DNA of 64,000 bases, taken from contig JAZNXL010000069.1 in assembly GCA_045593905.1 (NCBI GenBank), positions 13,355-77,354 on the forward strand, read 5' to 3'. This DNA is from Eubacteriales bacterium. GTDB lineage: Bacteria > Bacillota > Clostridia > Oscillospirales > QAKW01. Position 1 is the stretch's first letter, and each line of letters starts with the position of its first letter. A program made the translations under genes and the position numbers. Below, in pieces: positions 45,962 to 56,910 of the stretch. The notes under the pieces are model-generated. The model was not told where the DNA came from, did no database searches, and worked only from the letters and a program-made list of their open reading frames with translations.

Positions 45962-47005
45962 ATGATTACACAATCTAAATCAGACAGCTACGCTGCTGCA
46001 GGCGTTGATATTACTGCAGGCTACAAAGCAGTTGAACTTATGAAAAAGCATATTAAAACCACACTTACATCGGGTGTTGTATCTGATGTTGGCGGTTTTG
46101 GCGGTCTTTTTGAGCTTGACCTTACAGGCATTACCCGCCCTGTACTCGTAAGCGGTACCGACGGCGTTGGCACAAAGCTTAAGCTCGCTTTCTTAATGGA
46201 CAAGCACGACACAGTCGGTATTGACTGCGTTGCTATGTGCGTAAACGACATTATCTGCTGCGGCGCAAAACCGCTCTTCTTTTTAGACTATATTGCCTGC
46301 GGCAAAAACGTGCCCGAAAAAATTGCTGACATTGTAAAAGGCGTTGCAGACGGCTGCGTGCAGTCGGGCGCGGCTTTAATCGGCGGCGAAACTGCTGAGA
46401 TGCCCGGCTTTTACCCGGTAGACGAATACGACCTTGCAGGCTACTGCACAGGCGTTGTTGACAAAGCAAAAATTATCGACAACAACTCAATGCGCGAGGG
46501 CGACGTTATTATTGCGCTCCCCTCAAGCGGTGTTCACTCAAACGGCTTTTCGCTCGTTAGAAAAGTGTTCGACGTTGAAAACGCAAACATTAAAGAGCCT
46601 GTTGCCGAGCTTGGCGGCAAGTCAATTGGCGAAACTCTTTTAACACCTACCAAAATTTATGTAAAGCCCGTACTTAAACTCATTGACGAGGTTAAGGTAA
46701 AAGGTATTTCGCACATTACAGGCGGCGGCTTTTACGAGAACATCCCAAGAAGCATCCCCGAAGGCTTTGGCGCAGTAATCAACAAGGCTGACGTTCGCGT
46801 GCTCCCTATCTTTAAGCTTTTGGCAAAAACAGGTAACATCAGCGAGCACGATATGTTCAACACCTTCAATATGGGCGTTGGTATGAGCATTGTTGTTGCA
46901 AAACAAGATGCAAACAAAGCACTTTCAGTTTTAAAAGACGCAGGCGAAGACGCTTACGTTATCGGCGAAATCGTAAAATCAGACGAAAAGGTAATACTTA
47001 AATGA
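45962..47005 (+). CDS. purM: AIR synthase
   Basis: [12 protein letters not shown] motif. Start at ATG 45962. Confidence 0.93.
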   Translation: MITQSKSDSYAAAGVDITAGYKAVELMKKHIKTTLTSGVVSDVGGFGGLFELDLTGITRPVLVSGTDGVGTKLKLAFLMDKHDTVGIDCVAMCVNDIICCGAKPLFFLDYIACGKNVPEKIADIVKGVADGCVQSGAALIGGETAEMPGFYPVDEYDLAGYCTGVVDKAKIIDNNSMREGDVIIALPSSGVHSNGFSLVRKVFDVENANIKEPVAELGGKSIGETLLTPTKIYVKPVLKLIDEVKVKGISHITGGGFYENIPRSIPEGFGAVINKADVRVLPIFKLLAKTGNISEHDMFNTFNMGVGMSIVVAKQDANKALSVLKDAGEDAYVIGEIVKSDEKVILK

Positions 47006-47598
47006 TAAACATTGCAGTTTTAGTGTCGGGCGGCGGCACAAACCTACAGGCGCTTATTGATGCCGAAAACTCACGCCTTATAACAAGCGGTAAAATTTCG
47101 CTTGTTATCTCAAACAACAAAAACGCATACGCGCTCGAGCGCGCAAAAAACGCGCGTATTAAAACCGAGGTGGTTTTAAAATCGGAGTGCGGTAGCAGCG
47201 CAGAGTTTGAGCAAAAAATAAAAGACCTGCTTTATGAAAACGACATTGACGTTATTGTTCTTGCAGGGTTTATGTCAATTCTTTCAGAGGACTTTACTTT
47301 AAGCTTCCCCGAGCGCATAATCAACGTTCACCCCTCGCTTATACCGTCCTTTTGCGGTAAAGGCTATTACGGACTAAAGGTACACGAGGAGGCGCTTAAA
47401 AAAGGCGTTAAGGTAACAGGCGCTACCGTGCATTTTGTAAACGAAATTCCCGACGGCGGAAAAATCATTATGCAAAAGGCGGTTGAGGTGCAAGATACCG
47501 ACACACCCGAAATACTGCAAAAGCGCGTTATGGAGCAGGCGGAGTGGATAATACTCCCCCGCGCCGTAGAGCAAGTTTGTAAAAATTTAAAGGATTAG
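47002..47598 (+). CDS. purN: GAR formyltransferase
   Basis: [12 protein letters not shown] motif, 198 aa. Confidence 0.92.
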   Translation: MINIAVLVSGGGTNLQALIDAENSRLITSGKISLVISNNKNAYALERAKNARIKTEVVLKSECGSSAEFEQKIKDLLYENDIDVIVLAGFMSILSEDFTLSFPERIINVHPSLIPSFCGKGYYGLKVHEEALKKGVKVTGATVHFVNEIPDGGKIIMQKAVEVQDTDTPEILQKRVMEQAEWIILPRAVEQVCKNLKD

Positions 47599-47609
47599 GT
47601 ACAAAGACT

Positions 47610-48329
47610 ATGGATATTTATAAAATCAACGACATTGCAAAGCTTATTGAGGGCAACTCATACGTTGGCCGCGGTATTGTAATAGGCAAACCCGCCGACG
47701 GCAAAAAAGCCTGCTCTGCTTACTTTATAATGGGCAGAAGCGCAAACAGCCGTAACCGCGTATTTACCGAGCGTGATAATGCTGTATTTACCGAGCCGTT
47801 TGATGCCACAAAGGTAGAGGACCCCAGCCTTATCATTTACGCCGCTATCCGCGAGCACGAAAACAAGCTTATTGTTACAAACGGCGACCAGACCGATACA
47901 ATATGGAACGGTCTTAAAAGCGGTATCGCGTTTGAAAACGCACTAAAAACCCGCGAGTTTGAGCCCGATGCTCCCAACCTTACCCCAAGAATTAGCGGTA
48001 TGCTCACCTTTGACCAAAACGACTTTACCTATAAAATGAGCATTTTAAAAAGCGCTGATGCCAAAGGCACCGCTTGTAACCGCTACACCTTTAGTTACCC
48101 CGCGCTTGCAGGTCTTGGTCATTTTATTCATACCTATGTTTGCGACGGCAACCCCATTCCTACATTTCAGGGTGAGCCTGAGCGCGTAGCGATTGGTAAC
48201 GATATTGATGAGTTTACAAACTCGCTTTGGAACGCACTCGATAAAGATAACAAAATCTCGCTCTACGTTCGCTACACCGACCTTGAAACAGGAAAAATAG
48301 AAAAACGACTTATAAACAAAAACAAATAA
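47610..48329 (+). CDS. PurO-type (archaeal-like) IMP cyclohydrolase family protein
   Basis: 239 aa with family-typical N-terminus (YVGRGIVIG...YFIMGRSANSRNR). Placed directly before the AICARFT-only gene. Confidence 0.7.
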   Translation: MDIYKINDIAKLIEGNSYVGRGIVIGKPADGKKACSAYFIMGRSANSRNRVFTERDNAVFTEPFDATKVEDPSLIIYAAIREHENKLIVTNGDQTDTIWNGLKSGIAFENALKTREFEPDAPNLTPRISGMLTFDQNDFTYKMSILKSADAKGTACNRYTFSYPALAGLGHFIHTYVCDGNPIPTFQGEPERVAIGNDIDEFTNSLWNALDKDNKISLYVRYTDLETGKIEKRLINKNK

Positions 48330-48339
48330 GGAGCAGGCT

Positions 48340-49524
48340 ATGAAAGAATTTGAACTTAAATACGGCTGTAACCCCAACCAGAAGCCGTCAAAAATATATA
48401 TGAAAGACGGCAGCGAGCTTCCTATTGAAATTTTATGCGGAAGACCGGGTTACATTAACTTTTTAGACGCGTTTAACAGCTGGCAGCTTGTAAAAGAAAT
48501 TAAAGAGGCAACAGGTATGGTTGCAGTAACCTCTTTTAAGCACGTAAGCCCCACCTCAGCCGCAGTTGGCAAAAAGCTTTCAGATACACTTAAAAAAGCT
48601 TGCTTTGTTGACGATATTGACGGTCTTGACGAATCACCCCTTGCCTGCGCTTATGCAAGAGCAAGAGGCACCGACAGAATGTGCTCGTTTGGTGACTGGG
48701 TAGCGCTCTCTGACGTTTGCGATGAAGTAACAGCGCTTTTAATCAAGCGCGAGGTATCTGACGGCGTTATCGCTCCCGGCTACACACCCGAAGCACTCGA
48801 AATTTTAAAATCAAAGCGCAAAGGCAACTACAACATTGTTAAAATTGATGCCGATTACGTACCCGAGGTACAAGAAACAAAATACGTTTTTGGCATTACC
48901 TTTGAGCAAGGCAGAAACAACTTTAAAATTAACAAAGAGCTTTTATCAAACGTTGTTACCAAAAACAAGGTGCTTTCAGACGATGCAATCACCGACCTTA
49001 TAATTGCGCTTATTACACTTAAATATACACAGTCAAACTCGGTTTGCTACGCAATCGACGGTCAGGCTATCGGCGTTGGCGCAGGTCAGCAATCGCGTAT
49101 TCACTGCACACGCCTTGCAGGTACAAAGGCTGACACCTGGTTTTTACGTCAGCACGAAAAAGTTTTAAACCTTCCGTTTAAAGACACACTCGGCAGACCC
49201 GACCGCGACAACGTAATCGACGGCTACATTAACAAAAACGAAGAAGACGTTTGCGCCGACGGTATCTGGCAAAAATACTTTACAAAACAGCCCGAGCCTT
49301 TAACCGATGCCGAGATTAGAGCATACCTCGACTCAATCGACGGTGTTTCATGTGCATCGGATGCGTTCTTCCCGTTCTCTGACAACATTGAGCGTGCAAA
49401 GCGCAGCGGCGTTAAGTACGTTGCACAGCCCGGCGGTTGTATCCGTGACGACCTTGTTATTGAGTGCTGCGATAAATACGATATGGCTATGGCATTTACA
49501 GGTATGCGCCTGTTCCACCATTAA
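48340..49524 (+). CDS. purH: AICAR formyltransferase (PurH C-terminal domain only, no MGS-like IMP cyclohydrolase domain)
   Basis: 394 aa. C-terminal region FFPFSDNIERA...VAQPGGCIRD is typical of the AICARFT domain. Confidence 0.85.
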   Translation: MKEFELKYGCNPNQKPSKIYMKDGSELPIEILCGRPGYINFLDAFNSWQLVKEIKEATGMVAVTSFKHVSPTSAAVGKKLSDTLKKACFVDDIDGLDESPLACAYARARGTDRMCSFGDWVALSDVCDEVTALLIKREVSDGVIAPGYTPEALEILKSKRKGNYNIVKIDADYVPEVQETKYVFGITFEQGRNNFKINKELLSNVVTKNKVLSDDAITDLIIALITLKYTQSNSVCYAIDGQAIGVGAGQQSRIHCTRLAGTKADTWFLRQHEKVLNLPFKDTLGRPDRDNVIDGYINKNEEDVCADGIWQKYFTKQPEPLTDAEIRAYLDSIDGVSCASDAFFPFSDNIERAKRSGVKYVAQPGGCIRDDLVIECCDKYDMAMAFTGMRLFHH

Positions 49525-49539
49525 TGAGAGGTTAGTTTA

Positions 49540-50808
49540 ATGAGAATACTTGTTGTTGGCGGCGGCGGACGCGAGCACGCCATTATCAAAAAAATTAAAG
49601 AAAACAAACAGGTAACCGAAATATTTGCACTGCCCGGCAACGGCGGTATGGCAAACGATGCAACGCTTGTTAACATTTCGGCAACCGACATTGAAAAAAT
49701 TGTAGATTTTGCAAAAACCAACCAAATCGACTACGCGGTTGTAGCACCCGACGACCCGCTAGTGCTGGGTTGTGTAGACCAGCTTGAAAAAATAGGTATC
49801 CCCTGCTTTGGTCCAAAGGCTAACGCCGCAATTATTGAAGGCTCAAAGGTTTTTTCAAAAAACCTTATGAAAAAGTACGGTATCCCCACCGCGCGCTACG
49901 AGGTGTTTGATAACGAGCAAAAGGCTCTTGAATATCTTGAAAGCGCGCCTATTCCTACAGTTATTAAGGCTGACGGACTTGCGCTTGGCAAGGGCGTTAT
50001 AATTGCAACCACACGCGACGAGGCTAAACAAGCGGTAATTTCGATTATTCGCGACAAAATGTTTGGAAAAAGCGGTGACAACATTGTAATTGAAGAGTTT
50101 TTAGAGGGCCCCGAGGTATCAGTACTCGCCTTTACCGACGGCAAAACCTTAAAGCCGATGGTATCGTCAATGGACCACAAGCGCGCAGGCGATAACGACA
50201 CAGGCCTTAACACAGGCGGTATGGGCACAATAGCACCCAACCCCTACTACACAAGCGATGTAGCAAAAGAGTGTATGGATAAAATTTTTATCCCCACAAT
50301 CAACGCTATGAACGCCGAGGGCAGAACCTTTAAGGGCTGTTTATACTTTGGTCTTATGATTACAAAGGACGGCCCCAAGGTAATTGAGTATAACTGCCGT
50401 TTCGGTGACCCCGAAACTCAGGTTGTGCTTCCGCTTTTAAAAAGCGACCTTTTAACTATAATGATGGCTACCACAAACGGCACACTCGACAAAACCGAGG
50501 TTGAGTTTAAAGACGAGTGCGCATGCTGTGTTGTAATGGCATCAAAGGGCTACCCTGTAAGCTACCAAAAAGGCTTTAAAATGGATATTCCCCAAGCGAT
50601 AGCAGATAACGTTTACGTTGCAGGCGCAAAGCTCGAGGGCGAAAGCCTTGTAACAAACGGCGGACGTGTGCTTGGCGCAACCGCTACCGCGCCCACACTC
50701 AAAGCGGCTATTGACGGCGCTTACAAACTTGTAAAACAAATAAGCTTTGACGGTGCTTTTTACCGCTCGGACATCGGCGCAAAAGCATTAAAGGCCAAGG
50801 AGGACTAA
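49540..50808 (+). CDS. purD: GAR synthetase
   Basis: MRILVVGGGGREHA N-terminus, ATP-grasp, 422 aa. Confidence 0.95.
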   Translation: MRILVVGGGGREHAIIKKIKENKQVTEIFALPGNGGMANDATLVNISATDIEKIVDFAKTNQIDYAVVAPDDPLVLGCVDQLEKIGIPCFGPKANAAIIEGSKVFSKNLMKKYGIPTARYEVFDNEQKALEYLESAPIPTVIKADGLALGKGVIIATTRDEAKQAVISIIRDKMFGKSGDNIVIEEFLEGPEVSVLAFTDGKTLKPMVSSMDHKRAGDNDTGLNTGGMGTIAPNPYYTSDVAKECMDKIFIPTINAMNAEGRTFKGCLYFGLMITKDGPKVIEYNCRFGDPETQVVLPLLKSDLLTIMMATTNGTLDKTEVEFKDECACCVVMASKGYPVSYQKGFKMDIPQAIADNVYVAGAKLEGESLVTNGGRVLGATATAPTLKAAIDGAYKLVKQISFDGAFYRSDIGAKALKAKED

Positions 50809-53800
50809 ATGGTATTTAGAGTTTATGTAGAAAAGAAAAAAGAACTTGCAAACGAGGCGGCTTCGCTTTTATCTGATGCTCGTTCACTCATTGGCATTAA
50901 AGGGCTTACCGACGTTAGAATCGTAAACCGCTACGATGCCGAGAACATTACAAAAGAATTGTTTGAGCACTCAAAGGCTACTGTTTTTTCAGAGCCGCAA
51001 ACCGACCTTGTAAGCGAAGATATTAACACAGACGGCGCGGCAGTAGTGTTCGCGGTTGAGTATTTGCCCGGTCAGTTTGACCAGCGCGCTGACTCGGCTG
51101 CACAGTGTATACAAATTATTTCACAAACCGAGCGCCCTGTTATACGTACCGCAAAGGTATACGTGCTTTACGGAAATTTAACCCAAAGCGACATTGCCGA
51201 GATTAAAAAATACGTAATCAACCCTGTCGAAGCAAGAGAGGCGGCGCTCGAGCTACCCGCAACACTCAAAGCCGAGTACCAAATACCTACAACAGTTAAA
51301 ACACTCGACGGCTTTATCGACCTTGACAAAAAAGGTCTTGAATATTTTGTTGGTGAGTACGGTCTTGCAATGGACACCGACGATATTGCTTTTTGTCAGG
51401 ACTACTTTAAAAAAGAAGGCAGAAACCCCACCATTACCGAAATCAGAATGATTGATACATACTGGTCGGACCATTGCCGTCACACCACTTTCTTAACAGT
51501 TATCGACAACGTAAGCTTTGAAGACGAGCTTTTACAGTCAACCTACAACGAGTACCTTGCAACACGCGAAGGTCTGGGTGTTAAAAAGCCGATTTGCCTT
51601 ATGGACATTGCAACGGTTGCTGTTAAGTACTTAAAGAAAAACGGTTGCCTCGACAAGCTCGACGAGAGCGAAGAGATTAACGCGTGTACCGTTAAAATTG
51701 AGGTTGAGGTAGACGGCAAAAAAGAGCCGTGGCTGCTTCTTTTCAAAAACGAAACACATAACCACCCCACCGAGATTGAGCCGTTCGGCGGCGCGGCAAC
51801 CTGTATCGGCGGCGCTATCCGCGACCCGCTCTCAGGCCGTGCTTACGTTTACGGCGCAATGCGTGTAACAGGCGCTGCTGACCCGTTAAAGCCTGTAAAC
51901 GAAACTATCCCCGGCAAGCTTCCGCAGCGTAAAATTGTTACAGGTGCGGCAGCAGGTTATTCGTCATACGGCAACCAGATTGGTCTTGCAACAGGCATTG
52001 TTGACGAGATTTACCACGACGGCTATGCCGCAAAGCGTATGGAGATTGGCGCAGTTATTGCGGCAGCTCCGCAAAAGAACGTTCGCCGTGAGCGTCCCGA
52101 CCCCAGCGACGTTGTAATACTCCTTGGCGGTTCAACAGGCCGTGACGGTTGCGGCGGTGCAACAGGCTCGTCAAAATCGCACACCTCAAAATCACTCGAA
52201 AGCTGTGGCGCCGAGGTACAAAAAGGTCACGCTCCCGAAGAGCGCAAGCTCCTGCGCCTTTTCAGAAACGCCGAGGCTACAACACTTATTAAAAGATGTA
52301 ACGACTTTGGCGCAGGCGGTGTATCGGTTGCTATAGGCGAGCTTGCCGACGGTCTTGAAATTGACTTAAACGCAGTACCCAAAAAGTACGAGGGTCTTGA
52401 CGGCACCGAGCTTGCTATAAGCGAGTCGCAAGAGCGTATGGCGGTTGTTGTTGAAGCAAAAGACGTTGACAAGTTTTTAGCGCTTGCAAAAGAAGAAAAC
52501 CTTCAGGCTTGCCCCGTTGCAGTAGTAACTGCCGAGCCAAGACTTGTAATGCACTGGAACGGCAACAAGATTGTTGATATTTCGCGTGAGTTTTTAAATT
52601 CGAACGGTGCTGCAAAGCACATTTCAATCGAAACCGCAAAACCCGAAATTGCCACAAAAGAAATTAAAGGCAGCTTTGCTGATAATATGAGCGCGCTTGC
52701 AGGCGACCTTAACGTTTGTTCAAAGCGCGGTCTTTCAGAGCGTTTTGACTCGACCATCAGCGCAGGCACCGTGCTTATGCCGTTTGGCGGTAAAAATCAG
52801 TTAACACCTATTCAGGCAATGGTACAAAAAATCTCGGTTGAAAAAGAACACACCGATGATGTATCGTTTATGTCGTTTGGCTACAACCCGTTTATAACCG
52901 AAAAGAGCCCCTACCACGGTGCTTACCTTGCGGTTGTAGAGTCGGTTTGCAAGCTTATTGCAACAGGCGCCGACTTTAACGACGTGTACCTTACATTCCA
53001 GGAATACTTTGAGCGCCCCGGCAAAGACGCTAAACGTTGGGGTAAACCGCTTGCCGCTCTCCTTGGTGCGTTTAAGGCGCAAATGAACTTAAAAATCGGT
53101 TCAATCGGCGGTAAAGACTCAATGAGCGGCAGCTTTGAAAACATCGACGTTCCGCCTACACTCGTTTCTTTCGCGGTAACAACAGGCAAGGTTGCCGACG
53201 TTATCTCAAACGACTTTAAAAAGTCGGGCAGCAGGGTTGTGCTTTTAAAGGCTGATACTGACAAAAACGGTCTTCCCGAAACCGAGTCACTTATTAAAAT
53301 ATTCAATACTGTTACAAAGCTTATGCGCGAGGGCAAAGTTCTTTCGTGCTACACCCCGGGTATCGGCGGTATCGGTGAGGCTATACTTAAAATGTGCATC
53401 GGCAACGGTGTTGGCTTTAAGTTTGATAACAGCGTTTCAATGGATGACATTTTTGGCTACAACTACGCATCATTTATTTTAGAGTGCGAGGGCGATGTAA
53501 ACGAGGGCACACTCCTCGGCTACACAACCGACAAGGGCTGTATCGGTTACAAAGACGAGTGCGTTTGCCTTGACGGTCTTTTAAAAACCTACGAAGACAA
53601 GCTCGAAAGCGTATATAGCTGTAATATTGAGCAAACTAAACAAAAGGCACCCAACTTTAGCTTTGAGGCAACCGAAAGAAAAGCACCCGCTATCAAGGTT
53701 GCAAAGCCAAAGGTTATTATCCCTGCATTCCCCGGCACCAACTGCGAGTTTGACTCGGCAAAAGCGGTACGCGATGCAGGTGCAGAGCCCGAAATTATTG

Positions 53801-54501
53801 TAATTAACAATTTAACTGCAGACGGTCTTAAAGCAAGCACCGAAAAGTTTGCAACCGCTTTAAAAAGCGCGCAAATGATATTTATCCCCGGTGGTTTTTC
53901 GGGCGGTGACGAGCCTGACGGCAGCGGTAAGTTTATAACCGCGTTCTTTAGAAACGAGGCTATTAAAGAGGGCACACACGAGTTACTTAACAACCGCGAC
54001 GGTCTTATGTGCGGTATCTGTAACGGCTTCCAGGCACTTATAAAGCTCGGTCTTGTACCGTACGGCAAAATTATTGATGCCGACGAAAACTGCCCCACAC
54101 TTACATTTAACACAATCGCGCGCCACCAGTCACGAATTGTACGCACACGTATTGCATCAAACAAATCGCCCTGGCTTGCGCTTACCAACGTTGGCGATAT
54201 TTACAACGTACCGATTTCGCACGGCGAGGGTAGATTCTTGGCATCTGACGAGCTTGTAAAACAGCTTGCAGCAAACGGCCAGATTGCAACACAGTACGTT
54301 GACTTTGACGGCAATGCCACCTACGATGTACGCTTTAACCCCAACGATTCAGTTTGCGCTATCGAGGGTATCACATCGCCCGACGGCAGAGTTTTCGGTA
54401 AAATGGGCCACAGCGAAAGAATCGGCGCAGGTCTTTACAAAAACGTTGTCGGCGAGTACGATATCCGTATGTTTGAATCGGCAGTAAAATATTTTAAATA
54501 A
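50809..54501 (+). CDS. purL: Single-chain FGAM synthase (large PurL with fused glutaminase)
   Basis: 1230 aa. C-terminal triad glutaminase with Cys in GICNGFQAL and HGEGR. Confidence 0.95.
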   Translation: MVFRVYVEKKKELANEAASLLSDARSLIGIKGLTDVRIVNRYDAENITKELFEHSKATVFSEPQTDLVSEDINTDGAAVVFAVEYLPGQFDQRADSAAQCIQIISQTERPVIRTAKVYVLYGNLTQSDIAEIKKYVINPVEAREAALELPATLKAEYQIPTTVKTLDGFIDLDKKGLEYFVGEYGLAMDTDDIAFCQDYFKKEGRNPTITEIRMIDTYWSDHCRHTTFLTVIDNVSFEDELLQSTYNEYLATREGLGVKKPICLMDIATVAVKYLKKNGCLDKLDESEEINACTVKIEVEVDGKKEPWLLLFKNETHNHPTEIEPFGGAATCIGGAIRDPLSGRAYVYGAMRVTGAADPLKPVNETIPGKLPQRKIVTGAAAGYSSYGNQIGLATGIVDEIYHDGYAAKRMEIGAVIAAAPQKNVRRERPDPSDVVILLGGSTGRDGCGGATGSSKSHTSKSLESCGAEVQKGHAPEERKLLRLFRNAEATTLIKRCNDFGAGGVSVAIGELADGLEIDLNAVPKKYEGLDGTELAISESQERMAVVVEAKDVDKFLALAKEENLQACPVAVVTAEPRLVMHWNGNKIVDISREFLNSNGAAKHISIETAKPEIATKEIKGSFADNMSALAGDLNVCSKRGLSERFDSTISAGTVLMPFGGKNQLTPIQAMVQKISVEKEHTDDVSFMSFGYNPFITEKSPYHGAYLAVVESVCKLIATGADFNDVYLTFQEYFERPGKDAKRWGKPLAALLGAFKAQMNLKIGSIGGKDSMSGSFENIDVPPTLVSFAVTTGKVADVISNDFKKSGSRVVLLKADTDKNGLPETESLIKIFNTVTKLMREGKVLSCYTPGIGGIGEAILKMCIGNGVGFKFDNSVSMDDIFGYNYASFILECEGDVNEGTLLGYTTDKGCIGYKDECVCLDGLLKTYEDKLESVYSCNIEQTKQKAPNFSFEATERKAPAIKVAKPKVIIPAFPGTNCEFDSAKAVRDAGAEPEIIVINNLTADGLKASTEKFATALKSAQMIFIPGGFSGGDEPDGSGKFITAFFRNEAIKEGTHELLNNRDGLMCGICNGFQALIKLGLVPYGKIIDADENCPTLTFNTIARHQSRIVRTRIASNKSPWLALTNVGDIYNVPISHGEGRFLASDELVKQLAANGQIATQYVDFDGNATYDVRFNPNDSVCAIEGITSPDGRVFGKMGHSERIGAGLYKNVVGEYDIRMFESAVKYFK

Positions 54502-54513
54502 GAGGAAAGAAAA

Positions 54514-55749
54514 ATGAACTTTTTTGAAAATTTAAACAAGTTTGATAAAGAGGTTGCTGTTGCGTGTGACAAAGAGCTCACACGTCAGCGCCACAATATT
54601 GAGCTTATTGCATCAGAAAACATTGTTTCAGAAGCAGTGCTTTTAGCCGCAGGCGGCGTTTTAACAAACAAATACGCCGAGGGCTACCCCTCAAAGCGTT
54701 ACTACGGCGGTTGCCAATGCGTTGACATTGTAGAAGAAATTGCAAGAGAACGCGCTAAAAAACTTTTTGGTGCAGAGCATGCAAACGTACAGCCGCACTG
54801 CGGCGCGAGTGCAAACCTTGCTGTTTTCTTTGCGCTTTTAAACCCCGGCGACACCGTTATGGGTATGAATCTTTCAGAGGGCGGACACCTGTCACACGGC
54901 TCGCCTGTTAACATCTCGGGTAAATACTTTAACATAGTTCCTTACGGTGTTAACCCCGAGACCGAAATGATTGACTACGACGAGATGGAAAGAATCGCGC
55001 TTGAGTGCAAGCCCAAACTCCTCGTTGTAGGAGCTAGCGCATACTCGCGTATAATCGACTTTGCGCGTTGCCGTGAGATTGCCGACAAGGTTGGCGCTTA
55101 CCTTATGGTTGATATGGCGCACATTGCAGGCCTCGTTGCCGCAGGCGTTCATCCCTCACCTGTTCCGCACGCACACGTTGTAACAACCACAACCCACAAA
55201 ACATTAAGAGGCCCCAGAGGCGGCATGATTCTTTGCACCGAGGACCTTGCAAAGCAAATTGACAAAGCTATCTTCCCCGGTACACAGGGCGGTCCGCTTA
55301 TGCACATTATCGCCGCAAAAGCCGTTGCCTTTGGCGAAGCGTTAACACCCGAGTTCAAGGCTTACGGTGAGCAGGTTGTTAAAAACGCCAAGGTTCTTTG
55401 CGACGAGCTTATCGCTCGCGGTATCGACGTTGTTTCGGGCGGTACCGATAACCACCTTATGCTTTTAAAACTTGTTAACAAGGGCATTACAGGTAAAGAG
55501 CTTGAGCACAGACTCGACGAGGTTCACATTACCGCTAACAAAAACACAATTCCGCAGGAACCCTTAAGCCCGTTTGTTACAAGCGGTCTTAGAATCGGTA
55601 CACCTGCTGTTACAACCCGCGGCTTTAAAGAGCCCGAAATGAAACTTATCGCAGGCTGGATAGCCGACATCATCGACGATTTCGAGGGCAACAAAGACCG
55701 CGTAACAAAAGAGGTTATGGCACTCTGCGAAAAGTTCCCGATTTATTAA
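54514..55749 (+). CDS. glyA: Serine hydroxymethyltransferase
   Basis: PLP-lysine context [14 protein letters not shown], 411 aa. Confidence 0.96.
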   Translation: MNFFENLNKFDKEVAVACDKELTRQRHNIELIASENIVSEAVLLAAGGVLTNKYAEGYPSKRYYGGCQCVDIVEEIARERAKKLFGAEHANVQPHCGASANLAVFFALLNPGDTVMGMNLSEGGHLSHGSPVNISGKYFNIVPYGVNPETEMIDYDEMERIALECKPKLLVVGASAYSRIIDFARCREIADKVGAYLMVDMAHIAGLVAAGVHPSPVPHAHVVTTTTHKTLRGPRGGMILCTEDLAKQIDKAIFPGTQGGPLMHIIAAKAVAFGEALTPEFKAYGEQVVKNAKVLCDELIARGIDVVSGGTDNHLMLLKLVNKGITGKELEHRLDEVHITANKNTIPQEPLSPFVTSGLRIGTPAVTTRGFKEPEMKLIAGWIADIIDDFEGNKDRVTKEVMALCEKFPIY

Positions 55750-55780
55750 AAAAAGAGAAGTCTAACGGCTTCTCTTTTTT
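55748..55780. terminator. Bidirectional terminator between glyA and the ClC gene
   Basis: AGAGAAG / CTTCTCT hairpin flanked by an A-run and a T-run. Overlaps the last codons of the ClC gene. Confidence 0.7.
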
Positions 55781-56910
55781 ATATTATATATAAGGTAAGA
55801 AATTATCATAGCACCCGCCACATACGGCACGGCTTTTAATCCAAACAATTCTGCGCACATTACAACCGCCGATATAGGCGCCGATGTAAACAGTCCAAAG
55901 GTTGTAAGCATACCAACGCACGCGCCAAGCGGAACGCTAAAACCAATCACAGCCGAAAGCGTTGCGCCAAACGTTGCGCCAACAAAAAAGGTGGGTACAA
56001 TCTCGCCGCCCTTAAAACCGCAGCCAAGAGTAATAGCGGTAAACACAATCTTAAATAAAAAGTCAAAGTAGTCAAACTCGCCCTCGGCAAATATATGCTC
56101 AACCACATTCATACCGCCGCCGTTATAACGCATATCCCCAACAAGCGCGGTCAACAATATCACAACCGCCGCGCCAACTACTATTCGTATATACGGGTTG
56201 GCTATTTTTGAAAATATCGCCCTGCCGCCCTTTAAACAACGCTTAAAAACAAAACAAATAACCGCGCAGCCTATTGCAACCGCCATTACCTTTAAAAGCA
56301 TTGTCCACTCAAACTCGGGCATTGTAAATTTAAGGTGTTCGGGTGACGAGCCAAGTAGCAAAGATACAAAATACGCGCAAATTCCCGATAAAACTACAGG
56401 AATAAGTAAAAAATACTCGCACGACCTTGCCGCCTCAAAAACAAACACAGATGCAGCCAAAGGTGTGCAAAACAGTGCCGAAAACATACCGCCCATACCG
56501 CAAAGCGACAATGTTTTACTGTCGTTTTGGTCAAGCTTAAATACCTTTGCAAAAAAGGCAGAAATACCGCTGCCTATTTGCAGCGCCGCCCCCTCTTTAC
56601 CTGCCGAGCCGCCAAAAAGGTGGGTAAGTACGGTCGATATAAACATCGACGGCACGATAGCAGGCGGAGTGTCGTTTTTAAGCGCCAAAACTCCGCTCGT
56701 TGTCACTTTGTTTGTCTTTAGGCGGTTGTTTATAAACACGCTCAAAAGACCCGCAAGCGGTAAAATCAGCAGTAAATAGCGGTACTCGGTTCTAAAGCTT
56801 GTTGCAAAGCTGAGCACCTTTAAAAACGCCGCGCCAATAACGCCCGATAGTATTGAAACCACCGCAAAGGGCGGTAGCAGTTTTAAAATTTTAACAATGC
56901 TTTTTTTCAT
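55762..56910 (-). CDS. ClC-family anion channel/antiporter (short form, no CBS domains)
   Basis: GKEGAALQIGSGI and GGEIVPTFFVGA motifs; about 10 TM helices. Confidence 0.8.
   Translation of the reverse strand: MKKSIVKILKLLPPFAVVSILSGVIGAAFLKVLSFATSFRTEYRYLLLILPLAGLLSVFINNRLKTNKVTTSGVLALKNDTPPAIVPSMFISTVLTHLFGGSAGKEGAALQIGSGISAFFAKVFKLDQNDSKTLSLCGMGGMFSALFCTPLAASVFVFEAARSCEYFLLIPVVLSGICAYFVSLLLGSSPEHLKFTMPEFEWTMLLKVMAVAIGCAVICFVFKRCLKGGRAIFSKIANPYIRIVVGAAVVILLTALVGDMRYNGGGMNVVEHIFAEGEFDYFDFLFKIVFTAITLGCGFKGGEIVPTFFVGATFGATLSAVIGFSVPLGACVGMLTTFGLFTSAPISAVVMCAELFGLKAVPYVAGAMIISYLIYNIKKRSR

Noticed and set aside
53589-54188. Long antisense or alternative-frame ORFs in the track (e.g. 426-1007, 35040-35477, 27775-28365, 39539-39895, 40393-40887, 53589-54188, 56198-56779)
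   Set aside because: All lie inside strongly supported genes on the other strand or frame, have low-complexity or biased translations, and lack ribosome-binding sites. I treat them as shadow ORFs.
55762-56910. Fluoride-specific CLC-F with a fluoride riboswitch
   Set aside because: The gene is translationally coupled to the upstream acetyltransferase, so there is no leader for a crcB-motif riboswitch. The visible motif GKEGAAL is not diagnostic either way.
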